Shown: positions 18,592-31,753 of the stretch, in pieces
Layout: every line of letters begins with the position of its first letter
How positions within the stretch are numbered: position 1 is the first letter of the stretch
NCBI RefSeq assembly: GCF_009914755.1
Contig: NC_060926.1
Length of the DNA stretch: 64,000 nt
Strand: one strand, 5' to 3'
Source: the human T2T-CHM13v2.0 reference genome, Homo sapiens
Notes under the pieces: generated by a model
Databases searched by the model: none
What the model was told of the DNA's origin: nothing
What the model saw: the letters and a program-made list of their open reading frames with translations, nothing else
Program-made: the position numbers and the translations under genes

Positions 18592-19603
18592 TTACAATTT
18601 GTCATGTTTTTGCAGTGGCTGGTACCAGTTGTTCTTTTCCATGTTTAGTACTTCCTTCAGGAGCTCTTTTAGGGCAGGCCTGGTAGTGACAACATCTCTC
18701 AGCCTTTGCTTGTCTGTAACGTATTTTATTTCTCCTTCACTCATGAAGCTTAGTTTGGCTGGATATGAAATTCTGGGTTGAAAACTCTTTTCTTTAAGAG
18801 TGTTGAATATTGGCCCCCACTCTCTTCTGGCTTGTAGATCAGCTGTTAGTCTGAGGGGCTTCCCTTTGTGGGTAACCCAGCCTTTCTCTCTGGCTGCCTT
18901 AAACATTTTTTCCTTCTTTTCAATCTTGGTGAATCTGACAATCATGTGTCTTGGGGTTGCTCTTCTAGAGGGGTATCTTTGTGGTGTTCTCTGTATTTCC
19001 TGAATTTGAATGTTGGCCTGCTTTGCTAGGTTGAAGAAGTTCTCCTGGTTAATTTCCTGAAGAGTTTTTTTCCAACTTGATTCCATTCTCCCTGTCACTT
19101 TCCTGTTCACCAATCAAATGTAGATTTTTGTCTTTTCACATAGTCCCATATTTCTTGGAGGCTTTGTTCATTTCTTTTTATTCTTTATTCTCCAACCTTG
19201 TCTTCTCACTTTATTTCATTAATTTGATCTTCAGTCACTGATACCCTTTCTTCCACTTGATCGAACCGGCTAATGAATCTTGTGCATATATCACGAAGTT
19301 CTCGTGCTGTGGTTTTCAGCTCCATCACGCCATTTAAGGTCTTCTCTACACTGTTTATTCTAGTTAGCCATTCATCTAACGTTTTTCATGGTTTTTAGCC
19401 TCCTTGCAATGGGTTAAAACATGGTCCTTTAGCTCAGAGAAGTTTGTTATTACTGGCCTTCTGAAGCCTACTTCTGTCAACTTGTCAAAGTCATTCTCTG
19501 TCCAGCTTTGTTTCATTGCTAGCAAGGAGCTGCAATCCTTTAGGGGAGAAGAGGTGCTATCGTTCTTAGAATTTTCAGCTTTTCTGCTCTGGTTTCTCCC
19601 CAT
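18592..19603 (-). pseudogene. L1 ORF1p, disrupted
   Basis: Fragments MGRNQSRKAENSKN... and ...FQPRISYPAKLSF... are split by stops or frameshifts. Confidence 0.9.
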
Positions 19604-20198
19604 CTTTGTTGTTTTATCTACCTTTGGTCTTTGATGATGGTGACCTACAAATGGAGTTTTGTTGTGGATGTCCTATTTGTTGATGTTGATGTTATTCCTT
19701 TCTGTCTGTTAGTTTTCCTTCTAACAGTCATGTCCCTCAGCTGCAGGTCTGTTGGAGTTTGCTGGAGGTCCACCCCAGACCCTGTTTGCCTGGATATCAC
19801 CAGCGGAGGCTGCAGAACAGCAAATATTGCAGAACAGCAACTAATGCTGAATGATCCTTCCTCTGGAAGCTTCGTCCCAGAGGGGCAACCACCTAGGTGA
19901 GGTGTCTGTCGGCCCCTACTGGGAGGTGTCTCCCAGTTAGGCTACACGGTGGTAAGGGACCCACTTGAGGAGGCTGTCTGTCCATTCTCAGACCTCAAAT
20001 GCCGTGCTAACCACTGCTCTCCTCAGAGCTGTGAGACAGGGACGTTTAAGTCTGCAGAAGTTGTCTGCTGCATTTTGTTCAGCTATGCCCTGCCCACAGA
20101 GATGGAGTCTATAGGGGTAGTAGGCCTTGCTGAGCTGTGGTGGGTTCTGCCCAGTTCAAGCTTCCCGGCAGCTTTGTTTACCTACTCAAACCTCAGCA

Positions 20199-20384
20199 AT
20201 GTCTGACGCCCCTCCCCCAGCCAGGCTGCTGCCTCAAAGTTCAATCTCAGACTGCTCCACTAGCAGTGAGCACGGCTCTGTGGGTGTGGGACCCACCGAG
20301 CCAGGCATGGGAGAGAATCTCCCTGTCTGCCAGTTGCTAAGACCTTGGGAAAAGTGCGGTATTTGGGTAGGAGTGTTTTTCTAG
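20199..20384 (+). CDS. LINE-1 antisense ORF0 homologue, 61 aa (expression unknown)
   Basis: MSDAPPPARLLPQSSISDCSTSSEHGSVGVGPTEPG... aligns to primate ORF0p (MAGAPPPASLPPCSLISDCC...SVGVGPSEPG) at the expected position in the L1 5' UTR. Confidence 0.5.
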   Translation: MSDAPPPARLLPQSSISDCSTSSEHGSVGVGPTEPGMGENLPVCQLLRPWEKCGIWVGVFF

Positions 20385-22274
20385 GTAGAGTCTGTCACAG
20401 CTTCCCTTGGCTAGGAAAGGGAAATCCCCCGACCCCTTGTGCTTCCCAGGTGAGGTGACACTACACCCTGCTTCAGCTCGCCCTCCATGGGCTGCACCCA
20501 CTGTCCAACCAGTCCCAGTGAGATGAACCAGATACTTCAGTTGGAAATGCAGAAATCGCCCATCTTCTGTGTCGATCACGTTGGGAGCTGCAGACTGGAG
20601 CTGTTCCTATTTGGCCATCTTGGAATGGAGCCAAAAAGAATTCTTATACAGACCTTGTGAAAAGTAACTCATCTTTTAAGCCTCCCCACATAAGGTAGAC
20701 ACTTCTTCACAACTTGCTACTCTTTGTTCAATGCAGTAAATAAGTAACTGACTTAACTACTACCCTGGGTCTTAAATTCCTTATAAGGGGTCCTGTTCCC
20801 CTCCCCAAAAAAAAAAGAAAAGTTTGTATCATGCTTTTCTCCTGTTAATCTATGTTACGTCAATTTCATCCTCAGACCCAGCTCAGACCTTAAGAGGATG
20901 GAGGTGAAATTTTTCTTCCTGTACACCATTTAATACCAGCAAAACTCTCAGAACAAGTCTGTTCTCTCTTTATAAAGATTAGGAAAACTTGAGGTTGTAA
21001 AAGTTAAGTAACACAAATCTAAATGCCATAACCTAGACCTATCTTTTTCAAAACTAGTGTTACGTGCTACATATACTGGAGCTGCATTTATACACAAAAA
21101 AAATTCAAATTGTCAAATAAAACATACACAAATCAGATATCTTCCACACTATCAAATTTTGTTCATTTCAAAAAGATAAGCAGTAAGGAAGCTAATACAC
21201 AGCAGATTACATCAGACAGTTGCATAGTTTATACGACAATTTGCAGCAAGCTCTCCACATAAATCCATAGGTTTGTTTACTATAAACAATCTTAAATAAT
21301 TAAGTACATCCTCGTAAGGCATTCCACAGATAAGAACTTCTGCTAGTGTAATAAATATCATGAGCTTTGCCAGGATGTCTTACATTAGCATGTTTTAAGT
21401 AGATTAGACCAGGTAACCTGCCTTCTATTTTTCTAAGGGTGACACATTCCCCAATCCAACTCAGCAAGACAATGGGTTCGAGATCTGCTATGTTAATCCT
21501 TTAATTCCCTTGGGTAGTTCTAGTTTCTTCCCTCTAAATTTTTTCTCTCCAATTCTATTTATGGTTACATAAACTTGGCTACAGAGCTATGAACTGCTAC
21601 ACAAACGTAAATGTTTCCAAACACTGGTGGAAAATTGTAAGTTTACACAGTAGCTGACACAGCTATTTTATAAACTAATTATTCACCCCCACCAATTTTT
21701 TAAAAAAATTTTCAGTTTAAGGACATACTAAAAAGAGAAAGAAAGCCATTTCATGATCGTCTTCTCAGAGCAGAGCCAGAAGCTTCAAAATAAAATTTAA
21801 GGTCTCCGAAAATTTCACTGTAGCAACGAATCTAAGCAAAGCTATTCACAACTGGTATTTTTAGTGACCTGGAAAGGGAGGTGAAGAAAAGACTGCAGAA
21901 ATAATACAAATGAAAAAAGAAAGACATAAAAAAAGTAAATCACTTTCTTTCAGTGCAACTAGATTCACTCAGATGGGGTCTCCAGACTTACATAAATTAC
22001 TTTTCCTCATTGGCCATCATGGAGAGGTTAAGAATCTCCAGAGAGAATTAAGATGCTCTCAACTGAGACTGCATGAAGTCTACAGCTTCATTTCATCCAG
22101 CCTTGAGAGTCACTGCTGCTATATTCCAGAAAATTAATTTTCCACCTAGTGATTTCCTTTGGTTTTCCCATAATGGAAAATTTTAAAGCCTACAGAACCC
22201 AGAATTTAAAGAGCTGTAGGCAGTGTTCAGTCAACTAGTTCTAACACAGCCCAAGATACCCTAAAATTAAAAGC

Positions 22275-22427
22275 ATAAGAATGAGGTTACTTGAAGCTGT
22301 GAGGGTGAAGGAACCATTTGAGGAAGAATATGTAAAGAGAAAGTCAATGGGCTAAAATAAATCTTGATTAATACTTTCATTTAGGGGATGAAAAGAGTAA
22401 AAAAGTCTAACATATATTCAACTTTTA

Positions 22428-22474
<47 letters not shown>

Positions 22475-22748
22475 AAAAGATCACCACAGAGGAGCTGAGG
22501 TTGTGGAGCAAAGGAAGGTAAACATGTTCAACAGTGTTATATTTCAGAAATGTCCAGGCAGATATGGACTAAAGAGAAAAAAATTAAATGTGACCATTTG
22601 TTCACTAGTGACAACAGAGAAACTTCATTAGAGTAACAGGAGAGAGAAATCAAAGTTGCCAGAAGATCAGGAGTGAGTGGATGGTCAGCACTGATGCCAA
22701 AGCATATCGATGAATCTTTTGAAGAATATTTCTGTGAAAGGGCAGAAA
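22275..22748 (-). mobile_element. L2 fragment interrupted by (TG)n
   Basis: Purine-rich antisense L2 motifs such as AGGAGTGAGTGG and TTTCTGTGAAAGGG. Confidence 0.55.
22431..22468. repeat. (TG)19 microsatellite
   Basis: Perfect dinucleotide run. Confidence 0.98.
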
Positions 22749-23717
22749 TCATTTTTAATTTATCTTACTGATATTTTATTGCCCTTGATATATACTGTAA
22801 ATGATATCTAACTTGCAAATTCTATTTTCTCCTTTGTAACTATTTATTAAAAAGCTAATTTTTTTCTAAAATATATATGGAATTAAAGAACGGCAGCTTT
22901 TCAACAAGCTACAATTAGTCCCTTGACTTGCACTTTTTTCAACCACACTGGTCTATTTCTAGTTTAATGAAACTAATTTACTTGTTGGAGGTACACAGGG
23001 ATTTCACAGACCCTTTCACCTATCCATGCTATACCCAAGCTTTGACTAAAGGAATTCAGTATCCTATTACTCTTGAGAATTATCATTATTTTTTAATTAC
23101 AAAGGAGAAGAATGTAGTTATTTTAGCTGATAATTTAAAACTCAAATTAACTTCATCTAATTCTTACTTGAATTTTATTCAGAAAATAATTATTTTATCC
23201 TGTATGAGAAACAAAATCTGGACTAGGAAGGTGATATAGTTTATGATGTCCTTGATTTAAACATGGAAACTAAGATAAAAGCAATGAAATGGGAAGATAA
23301 GTTTAGAGCCAGTGGAAAGGATAATTGAAAAGCTATGGATTACTGGAGGAGACTGCTGTTATTCAAACCAGACAGGAGTATAGTCTCAATCAACACTGTA
23401 ACAGTAGAAAAAGAGGTAATGCTGATAGCCATTATAAAGGAAAAGTGTCAGGGGGTTCAGCAATAGATTAGATAAAAAGACAAAAGAACAGCCATAGGAT
23501 TATAGGATACATATTAAGGCATCTTGACCTATGAAAAGGACCAACTTTATGACTAATCATAGCACTTCAATCTGATGCTTTAATTAAAATTTTATTCAAA
23601 ATAAATGATTAGTCAAAAAATGAAACTTTCTAGTTCTACACCAATCCTACTTTTAGAGAGTTTTTATGTTCTCACATTTTCTATGTTAGAAAACATTGAG
23701 TATTTTTTATATTATTC

Positions 23718-23886
23718 TGTGAGTGTGTGTGTATGTGTGTATACAGATATTCACAGTTTATATACACACAAATATATATATATAGATTTAAACACAGAAA
23801 TTTTTGAACCTATATATGTATATTTTTAACATAGAAATTTTGAACCCATATATATGTGTATATGTATATGTATATACACACACACA
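23718..23886. repeat. TG/TA-rich simple repeat with a duplicated ~37-bp unit
   Basis: AGAAATTTT(T)GAACC followed by TATATATG occurs twice. Confidence 0.75.
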
Positions 23887-24074
23887 TTTTACAGCAGTGT
23901 ATAATAAATCTTTCAGTAACAACAGTCCTTGTGCTTGGCAAGCATAGAAAACTTAATGTTTTTCTTGAGCTTCAAACACCATTAACTGATCAAAAATAAA
24001 GAACTATACTAGTTAAAGAAGTCTGCATGATTTCTATAACTGACGATATTATAGTCTGAATACCTTCCCTGACA

Positions 24075-24275
24075 CACAAATTCAGAAGCCATGTACTGAC
24101 ATGGTGGCGCTACAAGATAGAAGGAACCTGGGTTCCTCAGTCACCATGTGAAGGATAGCTTCCACCCTGACCCATATGGGGCTTAGCACGAATAATAAAT
24201 TAGCATTTGTTGCACTAAGTTAATGAGCATTTGGGGTTTGTACTATAGTAAAGCCTAGCCCAATCCAACTAAATA
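24075..24275 (+). mobile_element. MLT1J-like LTR 3' part
   Basis: CAAGATAGAAGGAACCTGGGTTCCT...ATTTGGGGTTTG...AGCCTAGCC. Confidence 0.6.
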
Positions 24276-24674
24276 AAAATGGACAGTGCTCTAGATAAGT
24301 TGAAAAGAAAAGTCTACCCTGAAAATTCTCAGCCACAGAACTGTGCTATAAGGGCTTAGGATTCAAACTTATGTTGCTAACATTGTTCAGAAAATCCCTA
24401 GCTAAGAAATTAACTAAGTTTTCCCTAGTTGAGAGTACTCCTCGGATATATCATCAAAATAGGACAAACACAGTTAGTACTGATAAAAAATAATAATAAT
24501 AAAAACATTGCAAACATTGGTCCCAAGTCAAAACTATTACAACTACAACATATGAAGAAACAAGCAATTATGAACAAAAGCAGATAATAAAAAGCAAATT
24601 ATATTCCCAATGATTTCAGTTGGGACTGAAGTCAATTCACTGGGATTCTAATGCTTGGAATGAAAAAATGCAGA

Positions 24675-25266
24675 TGCGATGGTTAATTTCAGTTATGAAT
24701 TCAACCAAATTAAGGGATACCCAGGTAGTAGGTAAAGCATTATTTATGGGTACATCTGTGAGATCGTTTCCAGAAACATTAGCATTTGAATCAGTGTACT
24801 GAGTAAGAAAGATCTGCTGAAAATCAATGTGGGTGGGCACCATGCATTTGACTGAGGGCCTCCGTAGAACAAAAAGGCAGAAGAAAGGCAAACTCACTTT
24901 CTCTCTCTACCTCCTGAAGCTGAAAAATCCTTCTTTAGCCTTGGATATCAGTACTCCAGAATCATGGGCCTTCGGACTCTAGGACCTGCCAGCAGTCCCC
25001 CAGGTTCTCAGTTTTTCAGCCTCAAACTGAGAGTTACACTATCAGGTTCCCTGGTTCTGAGGCTTTCAAACTTGGACGTGAGCCATGCTACCAGCTTCTC
25101 TGGTTCTCCAGTTTGCAGATAGCCTATGGAAATACTTCTCAACCTCCATAATCAAGTGAGCCAATTCCCCTAATAAACACCCTTTTGTCTGTCTATCTGT
25201 CCATCTATCTATCCATCCATCTCTCTGTCTCCTGTTGGCTCTCTCTGGAGAATTCTGACTAATGTA
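24675..25266 (+). mobile_element. MLT2B-like ERVL solo LTR
   Basis: TGCGATGGTTAATTT start, CTCTGGAGAATTCTGACTAAT end, near-TSD GCAGA/TCAGA. Confidence 0.85.
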
Positions 25267-25271
25267 TCAGA

Positions 25272-25915
25272 ATATAACATAAGTATGCTTTAAATTTTTG
25301 AAAGAATAAAAGGTTGAATTCAAAAATTCATAAAACATGAACTGCCTGAAACAAGTGGACAGATTTTTAACTGAAACAAATAATATAAAATTTTAAATAG
25401 AAAATACCAATAATATATAAAATGGCAAGTTAAAGGATATCTGAAAAGATTATTCATGAACAGAAAAATAGATTTAAATAAATTAGCTAAGAAGACAAAG
25501 AAAGAAAAAGAAATAAAGGCGAGATAAAGAGATACAAAGGATAGATTAATGTATATATTTTTCATTGGAATTTCAGAAGATAGTGGACAGATGAGAAAGA
25601 AGCAAGTTTGAAAGAAATGATGAATAAATTTTTCCTGAATTGACAACGAGCATAAATCCTCAAATAGCTCCCAAACAGAAAACCACATTTGAAAAAATCA
25701 TAGTGAAAATATAGAGTACCAAAGGCAAAAAGAAGATAATAAAGCAGCCAGAGAGAAGGGACAGATGGCATGCAAAGGAATGACAATTAGCCTGATTCCA
25801 TTCAGTTAAGTATAGATAATAATATTTTCTGAATAATCTCCTATAAACATGGATGAAATGCAAGAATTGTTAACGCTAGAAAATTTATTTATTCAATTCA
25901 CTACATTCACAAATT
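25272..25915 (+). mobile_element. Ancient L1M ORF1 fragment
   Basis: ATTGGAATTTCAGAAG, AATTTTCCTGAATTG and AAAGCAGCCAGAGAGAA (KAARE) ORF1 motifs. Confidence 0.75.
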
Positions 25916-26049
25916 TTTTTAAACACTGGATCATTTTACAGGTGCATGTTAAAATGGGACACTTCTGTTTTGCAGAAGCCACAAAAGACAGGAACACAAG
26001 AGTATGTCCCATATAATTGCACATTATATCTAATCCACTTGTGCAGAAT

Positions 26050-27175
26050 TTGCAGGGAAAAATGGTAGAAAACTAAAATTTGCAGAAGAAATGGTACAAA
26101 ACCTACCAGGAGAACCTTAGCTATAAGCTACTATAGGGATATACAAAAGGTAGCTGAAGAGTTGAACAGCTGGTTGGAAAGATTTGTAGAGATTTCTTTA
26201 CAGAGAGTTGTTGGAGCGCTGTGCACTTCTTCCTGACAACTGCTAGGGAAAGCAGAGAGAGGGTGCTTCAAGTTAAGGGAGATGAAATTCAAGGGAACTG
26301 CTTGATACATGTGCTCTTGGGGTTTGGAACACACAGAGAATGAGTTTCTTAAACATACCTGGAAAACATAAACATGAGAAGTTTTAGCTATAGATCCAAA
26401 GCAGCAGAGCACAGATAGGCTGGGCTGACTTAAAAGTGGGTGGAACCGGTATGAAATTGTCATAAGTGGGACTCTAACCAAACAGAGAAATAGACTCCTG
26501 AAAACAAAAACGGAGAGTCAGAGTCATAAATGTCAAATTGAAGGTGATATAGCCTATGACATAGGAACTGGAGTTATGTTCCAACAGGGAAAATTTCTGG
26601 ATATCCCAGAAATAATCACTAGGGAAAAAAGCAGGTTTGAAAGTCTGTCAAGCCCACAAATTTCTAACACGAGAGCAAGAGAATACTAGCTATTTAAACC
26701 TATTCTCTTTTTCACCGAAATCTCTTTCTTCTAGACCTGACTTTGGAGGGTTTACAACAGCTAGTGACCAGCGAAGGAGGCTGAGTTCCAAGGAACAAAG
26801 CTGACCATGCTCCTTGCCCTACTTTAAGCTTCTATTCCAAAAACAAAACCAAATGGGAGAAAACTCTGGGAATTGGGAAAAAAAACTGGGCTGGAAAAGT
26901 TTGGATTTCAGATTAGCCGCACATAGATGGTTTCACTACTAAAATGAGACTGTATCTGGGCTTAGAAGAGACTGAAGGCTCCTCCTCTAATCCCCCACCT
27001 TTTACTTCCACTTTTTAAAACTAGTAGTGACAGGAAATGCCTGTCTACATTACACTTCATCCAAGAATCTGGAAAAGAACTAGGGCATTAAGCAGGTATG
27101 AAGTCAAAGGAGAGAGATGAAATTAAAGTTGTTTTTATCACACTTTATCTAGTCCTGCTTCTTCTATGGTTATAA
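26050..27175 (+). mobile_element. Possible MamGypLTR-type ancient LTR
   Basis: 3' region ATTAAAGTTGTTTTTATCACAC...AGTCCTGCTT and GAGACTGT...GTGACAGGAAA resemble mammalian Gypsy LTRs; it interrupts the L1M between ORF1 and ORF2 pieces. Confidence 0.4.
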
Positions 27176-27184
27176 TCTCCACGT

Positions 27185-27408
27185 ATATAGACAAAGCATT
27201 CTATAAAACTGAATACCCATTCATGCCACGTGAATAAATCTTTCAGTAAACTATGAATAGAAGGATATTTTCTTCCCTGAAAAAGAATATCTACCAATTA
27301 CACAAGGGAAAACTCATACTGAATGTTAACCCCCGTCATTGATTATTCAATGTGGTACAGAAGGTGGTCCTAGTTCAATGAGTTAAAAAAAAAAAAAGTA
27401 AAATACTT
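27185..27408 (+). mobile_element. Ancient L1M ORF2 fragment
   Basis: 27190-27225 translates DKAFYKTEYPFM (L1 [14 protein letters not shown]). Confidence 0.7.
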
Positions 27409-27410
27409 TA

Positions 27411-29150
27411 TAGTCATGCACCAGATAACAATGTTTCAATCAGAAACAAATCATATACACCACAATGGTCCCATAACATTATAATGAAAAATTCCTATCA
27501 CTTAGTAATGCTGTAAGGCATTATAGTGCCATAGTGTAATGCACTACTCATGTGTCTATGGTGATGCCGGTGTAAACACACCTAATGCCCTGCCAGTCAA
27601 ATAAAATTATAGCACATACAATTATGTTCAGTAGGTAATACTTGATAGTGATAATAGTAAGTGACTATATTACTGGTTTATATATTTACTAAACTAACTT
27701 TTACAGGGTACTCTTTCTACTTATTATTTTTTAAAGTTAACTGAAAAACAACCTCAGGCAGATCTTTAGGGAAGTATGCCAGAAGAAAGCGTTTTTATCA
27801 TAGAAAATGACAGCTCCAATGCCTGCTGTTTCCCCTGAAGATCTACCAGTGGGACAAGACGTGGAGGTGGAAGATAGTGATATTAATGATCCTGACCCTG
27901 TGTAGGCCTAAGTTAATGTGTGTTTTTGTGTCTTAGTGTTCAACAAAAAATATTTCAAAAATAAAATAAATTGAAAATCTTAAAAATAAAAAGGTTGTAG
28001 AATAAGAATATAAAGAAAATATTTTTATATAGCTGTACAATATGTTTGTGTTTAAACTGTTATTACAAAAGAGTCAAAAGGTTAGAAATATTAAAAATTA
28101 TATAAAGTAAAAAGTTATAGTTAGCTGTTTAATTTATTATTGAATAAAAATATTTTCTATAAATTTAGTATAACGTTAAGTGTACACTGTTTATAAAGTC
28201 CACAGTAGTGTACAGTAAAGACCTAGGACTTTATATTCACTCACTGCTCACTCATGGATCACCTGGAACAACATTTGGTCCTATAAGCCCCATTCATGGT
28301 AAGTGCCCTCCCTATACAGGTGTACCATTTTTTATCTTCTATACCATATTTTTACCATACATTTTCTATGTTTAAATGTTTTAATACACAAATATTACCA
28401 TTATATTACAATTGCCTACAGTACGGTAACATGCTGTACACGTTGTGGTCTAGGAGCAACATGCTACAGCATATAGCCTAGGTGTGTAATCGGCTAAACT
28501 AGGTTTACATAAGTACAAGCTATGATGTTCACACATGGACAAAATTGCCTAACAACAAATTTCTTTGAGCATATCCTGGATGTATTCGTCAGGGTCCTCT
28601 AGAGGGACAGGACTAATAGCATAGATTTATCTATGAAGGGAGATTTATGGAGGATTATTGACTCACATGTCACAAAGTGAAGTCCCACGATAGGCCATCT
28701 GCAAGCTAAGGAACGAGGAAGCCAGTCCAAGTCCCAAAACCTCAAAAGTACGGAAGCTGACAGTACAGCCTTCAGTCTGTGGCCAAAGGCCTGAGATCCC
28801 CTGGCAAACCACTGGTGTAAGTCCAAGAGTCCAAAAGCTGAAGAACTTGGAGTCCGATGTTCGGGGCAGGAAGCATCCAGCCCAGGAGAAAGATGAAGCC
28901 TGGAAGACTCAGCAAGTCTAACCCTTCCACTTTCCTCTGCCTGCTGTTATCCTAGCCATGCTGGCAGCTGATTAGATGGAGCCCACACAGATTGAGGGTG
29001 GGCCTGCCTCTCTCCCAGTCCACTGACTGAAATGTTAATCTCCTTTGGCAACACCCTCACAGACACACCCAGGAACTTTGCATCCTTCAATCCAATCAAG
29101 TTGACACCCAATATTAACCATCACACTGGACATTATGAGATGCATGACTG
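27411..29150 (+). mobile_element. Tigger3b-like DNA transposon, interrupted by MLT2A2
   Basis: TIRs TAGTCATGCA / TGCATGACTG flanked by TA; internal CCAGTGGGACAAGACGTGGAGGTGGAAGA. Confidence 0.9.
28581..29125 (-). mobile_element. MLT2A2-like (HERV-L) solo LTR
   Basis: TG...CA termini, perfect 5-bp TSD CTGGA, 545 bp. Confidence 0.92.
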
Positions 29151-29340
29151 TATAATGATTAGAAATAAAAAACAAAATTTGAAGGTAATGATGACCTCTA
29201 TAAGAAATGTAGAAAAGAACTCTATAAATCATTTAAATGAATGAGTTCAACAAGTATGTCAGATATAAGTATACTAAAGTCAATTATATTCCTATTGTAA
29301 ACAACAAACAGAAAATATAACTTTAGAAAGAAACCATTTA

Positions 29341-29493
29341 CACCAGCCTGGGCAACATAGCAAGACACCATCTCTTAAAAAAAAATTAATTAGTTGGGGC
29401 ATGGTGGCACATACCTGTAGTCCCAACTACTTGGGAGGCTGAGGCAGAAGAACTGATCAAACCCAGGAGTTTGAGGCTACAGTGAGCTATGGT
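29341..29493 (+). mobile_element. AluJ-like fragment truncated at both ends
   Basis: Left-arm end, linker and part of right arm; stops at GTGAGCTATGGT with no tail. Confidence 0.85.
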
Positions 29494-30335
29494 AGGTACT
29501 CATTAAATGTTTGAGTCATTTCGAAATAAATTTTTTTAAATGAAACAAATTGCTGAGCATAAATGTAATTTCATGTTGGCTCCTTATATTTCATAGAAAC
29601 ACGAAATATATTTGGGTCTATTAATACACATAAAAAATATGTTCTGTTAAATGTTTCTAAAAATTATAATATTATTCTCATCTAGAAAGTACTGTTATGT
29701 GACAGACAGCTCAAAATGTCTTGCTTTCTAGGTGTTAACTGAAAATTAGGTTACCAGGAGTTAAAATTCTAAGTAACATATAGAATTGTGTACAAAGTAT
29801 ACCGAAAAAGTGTTTTTGATCATAAAAATTATAACAATTTGTTTTTTATTGAGAAAAATACTTTTGTCTAATTTGCAGGTTATTTACAAGTTATTTTAAA
29901 ATATGTATTTAGAAAAAAATAGAAACAAGATAAAAAGAAACTAGTTAAAAAAAAAAAAAGGAACCAGTAAGTAGGAGAGAGATGTGAAGAAAGTTACAGG
30001 TACAGAGGTGTATTTTTGGTAAGAAAGATTTTCTATAAAAAATGCAGTAAATTTTTGTCCTAACGTAAAAGGACTGGTTATTTAGGAAGGAGAAAATATA
30101 GGAGAAATGAGAAAGTCTAAGCTTGTCATCAAAGGTTATGCAGGTCATATAAGATTTTGAAGGATGAATTTGTAAAAGGAATTTTGTGTGTGATCAAGTT
30201 GGCTATAATTAAAAGGGTGTTATTTATGAGTCTTTCTAAAGATTGAGCTTTGATATTAAAAATACACTGATACAAATTTTCTTCTCGATTGCTGATTATA
30301 AATTCCAATAGATTTTTAACCATCATTATGTGAAG

Positions 30336-31753
30336 GATCTAATTAAACTAAAGAGCTTCTGCACAGCAAAAGAAACTATCAGCAGAGTCAACAGAAAACC
30401 TACAGAATGGGAGAAAATTTTTGCCAACTATGCATCTGACAATGATATACTATCCAGCAACTATAAGGAACTTAAATTTACAAGAAAAAACTAACAACCT
30501 CATTAAAAAGTGGGCAAACGACATGCACAGACACTTTTCAAAAAAAGACATACATGCAGCCAACAAGCATGTGAAAACAAGCTCAACATTATAATCATTA
30601 GAGAAAGGCAAATCAAAACCACAATGAGATGCCATCTCTCACCAGTCAGAATGGCTATTATTAAAAAGTCAAAAAATAACAGATGCTGGCAAGATTGTGG
30701 AGAAAAAGAAACACTTATACACTGTTGGTGGGAGTGTAAATTAGTTCAGTCATTGTGGAAGACAGTGTGGTGATTCATCAAAGACCTAAACACAGAACTA
30801 CCATTGAACCCAGCAATCTCATTACAGGGTATATACCCAAAGGAATATAATTCAGTATATTATACAGACACATGCACACATATGTTCATTGCAGTACTAT
30901 TCACAATAGCAAAGACATAAATCAACCTAAATGCCCATCATCAATGTGATAAAAGAAAATCTTTAGCCAAATTAAATTTAAAGCAGTTTAATTGAGCAAT
31001 GAATGATTCCTGAATTGGGCAGCCTTCCCAGCCAGAGTAGGCTCAGAGACTCCAGTCCAGCCACGTGGTGGAAGATTTATGGACAGAAAAAGGAAAGTGA
31101 CTTATGGAAAATGGAAATGAGGTACAGAGACAGCTGGATTGCTTACAACTCAGCATTTACCTTATTTGAACACAGTTCTAACAGTTGACTACATTTGATT
31201 GGCCAAAACTTGGTAATTGGCACAAGTGTAGGCTATGGTCTGTTTACACTTCCACTAGTTGTAGATCACAATGTAAAGAAAAACCTTTATGCCAAACTTA
31301 AAATATGTAAGGAGGCAGTTTTAGGCTAAACTTGATTTAACAAATGGTAGACTGGATAAAGGAGGTGTAGTACATATACACCATGGAATACTGCACAGCC
31401 ATAAAAATGAGATCGTGTTCTTTGCAGGAACATGGATGGAGTTCGAGGCCATTATCCTTAGCAAACAAAAGCAAGAACAGAAAACCAAGCACCACATGTT
31501 CTTACTAATAAGTGGGAGCTAAATGATGGTAACACACGAACACATAGAGGGGAAAAACACACACTGGGGTCTATCTGAGGGTGAAGATTCGGAGGAGGGA
31601 GAGGATCAGGAAAAATAATTAATGGGTACTAGGATCAATACCTAAGTAATAAAATAATCTGTACAACAAACCCTCATTACATAAGTTTACCTATACAATA
31701 AACCTGCATATGTACCCCAAACTTAAAAGTTAAATTAAAAAGTAAAAATAAAA
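30336..31753 (+). mobile_element. 5'-truncated L1PA13-16-like LINE-1
   Basis: ORF2 C-terminus (CWQDCGE...HCWWEC) and 3' UTR GGAGGAGGGAGAGGATCAGGAAAAATAA. Confidence 0.9.
30947..31342 (-). mobile_element. MER57-like ERV1 solo LTR nested in the L1
   Basis: Reverse complement starts TGTTAAATCAAGTTTAGCCTAAA; 4-bp TSD AATG (30943-30946, 31343-31346). Confidence 0.88.
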
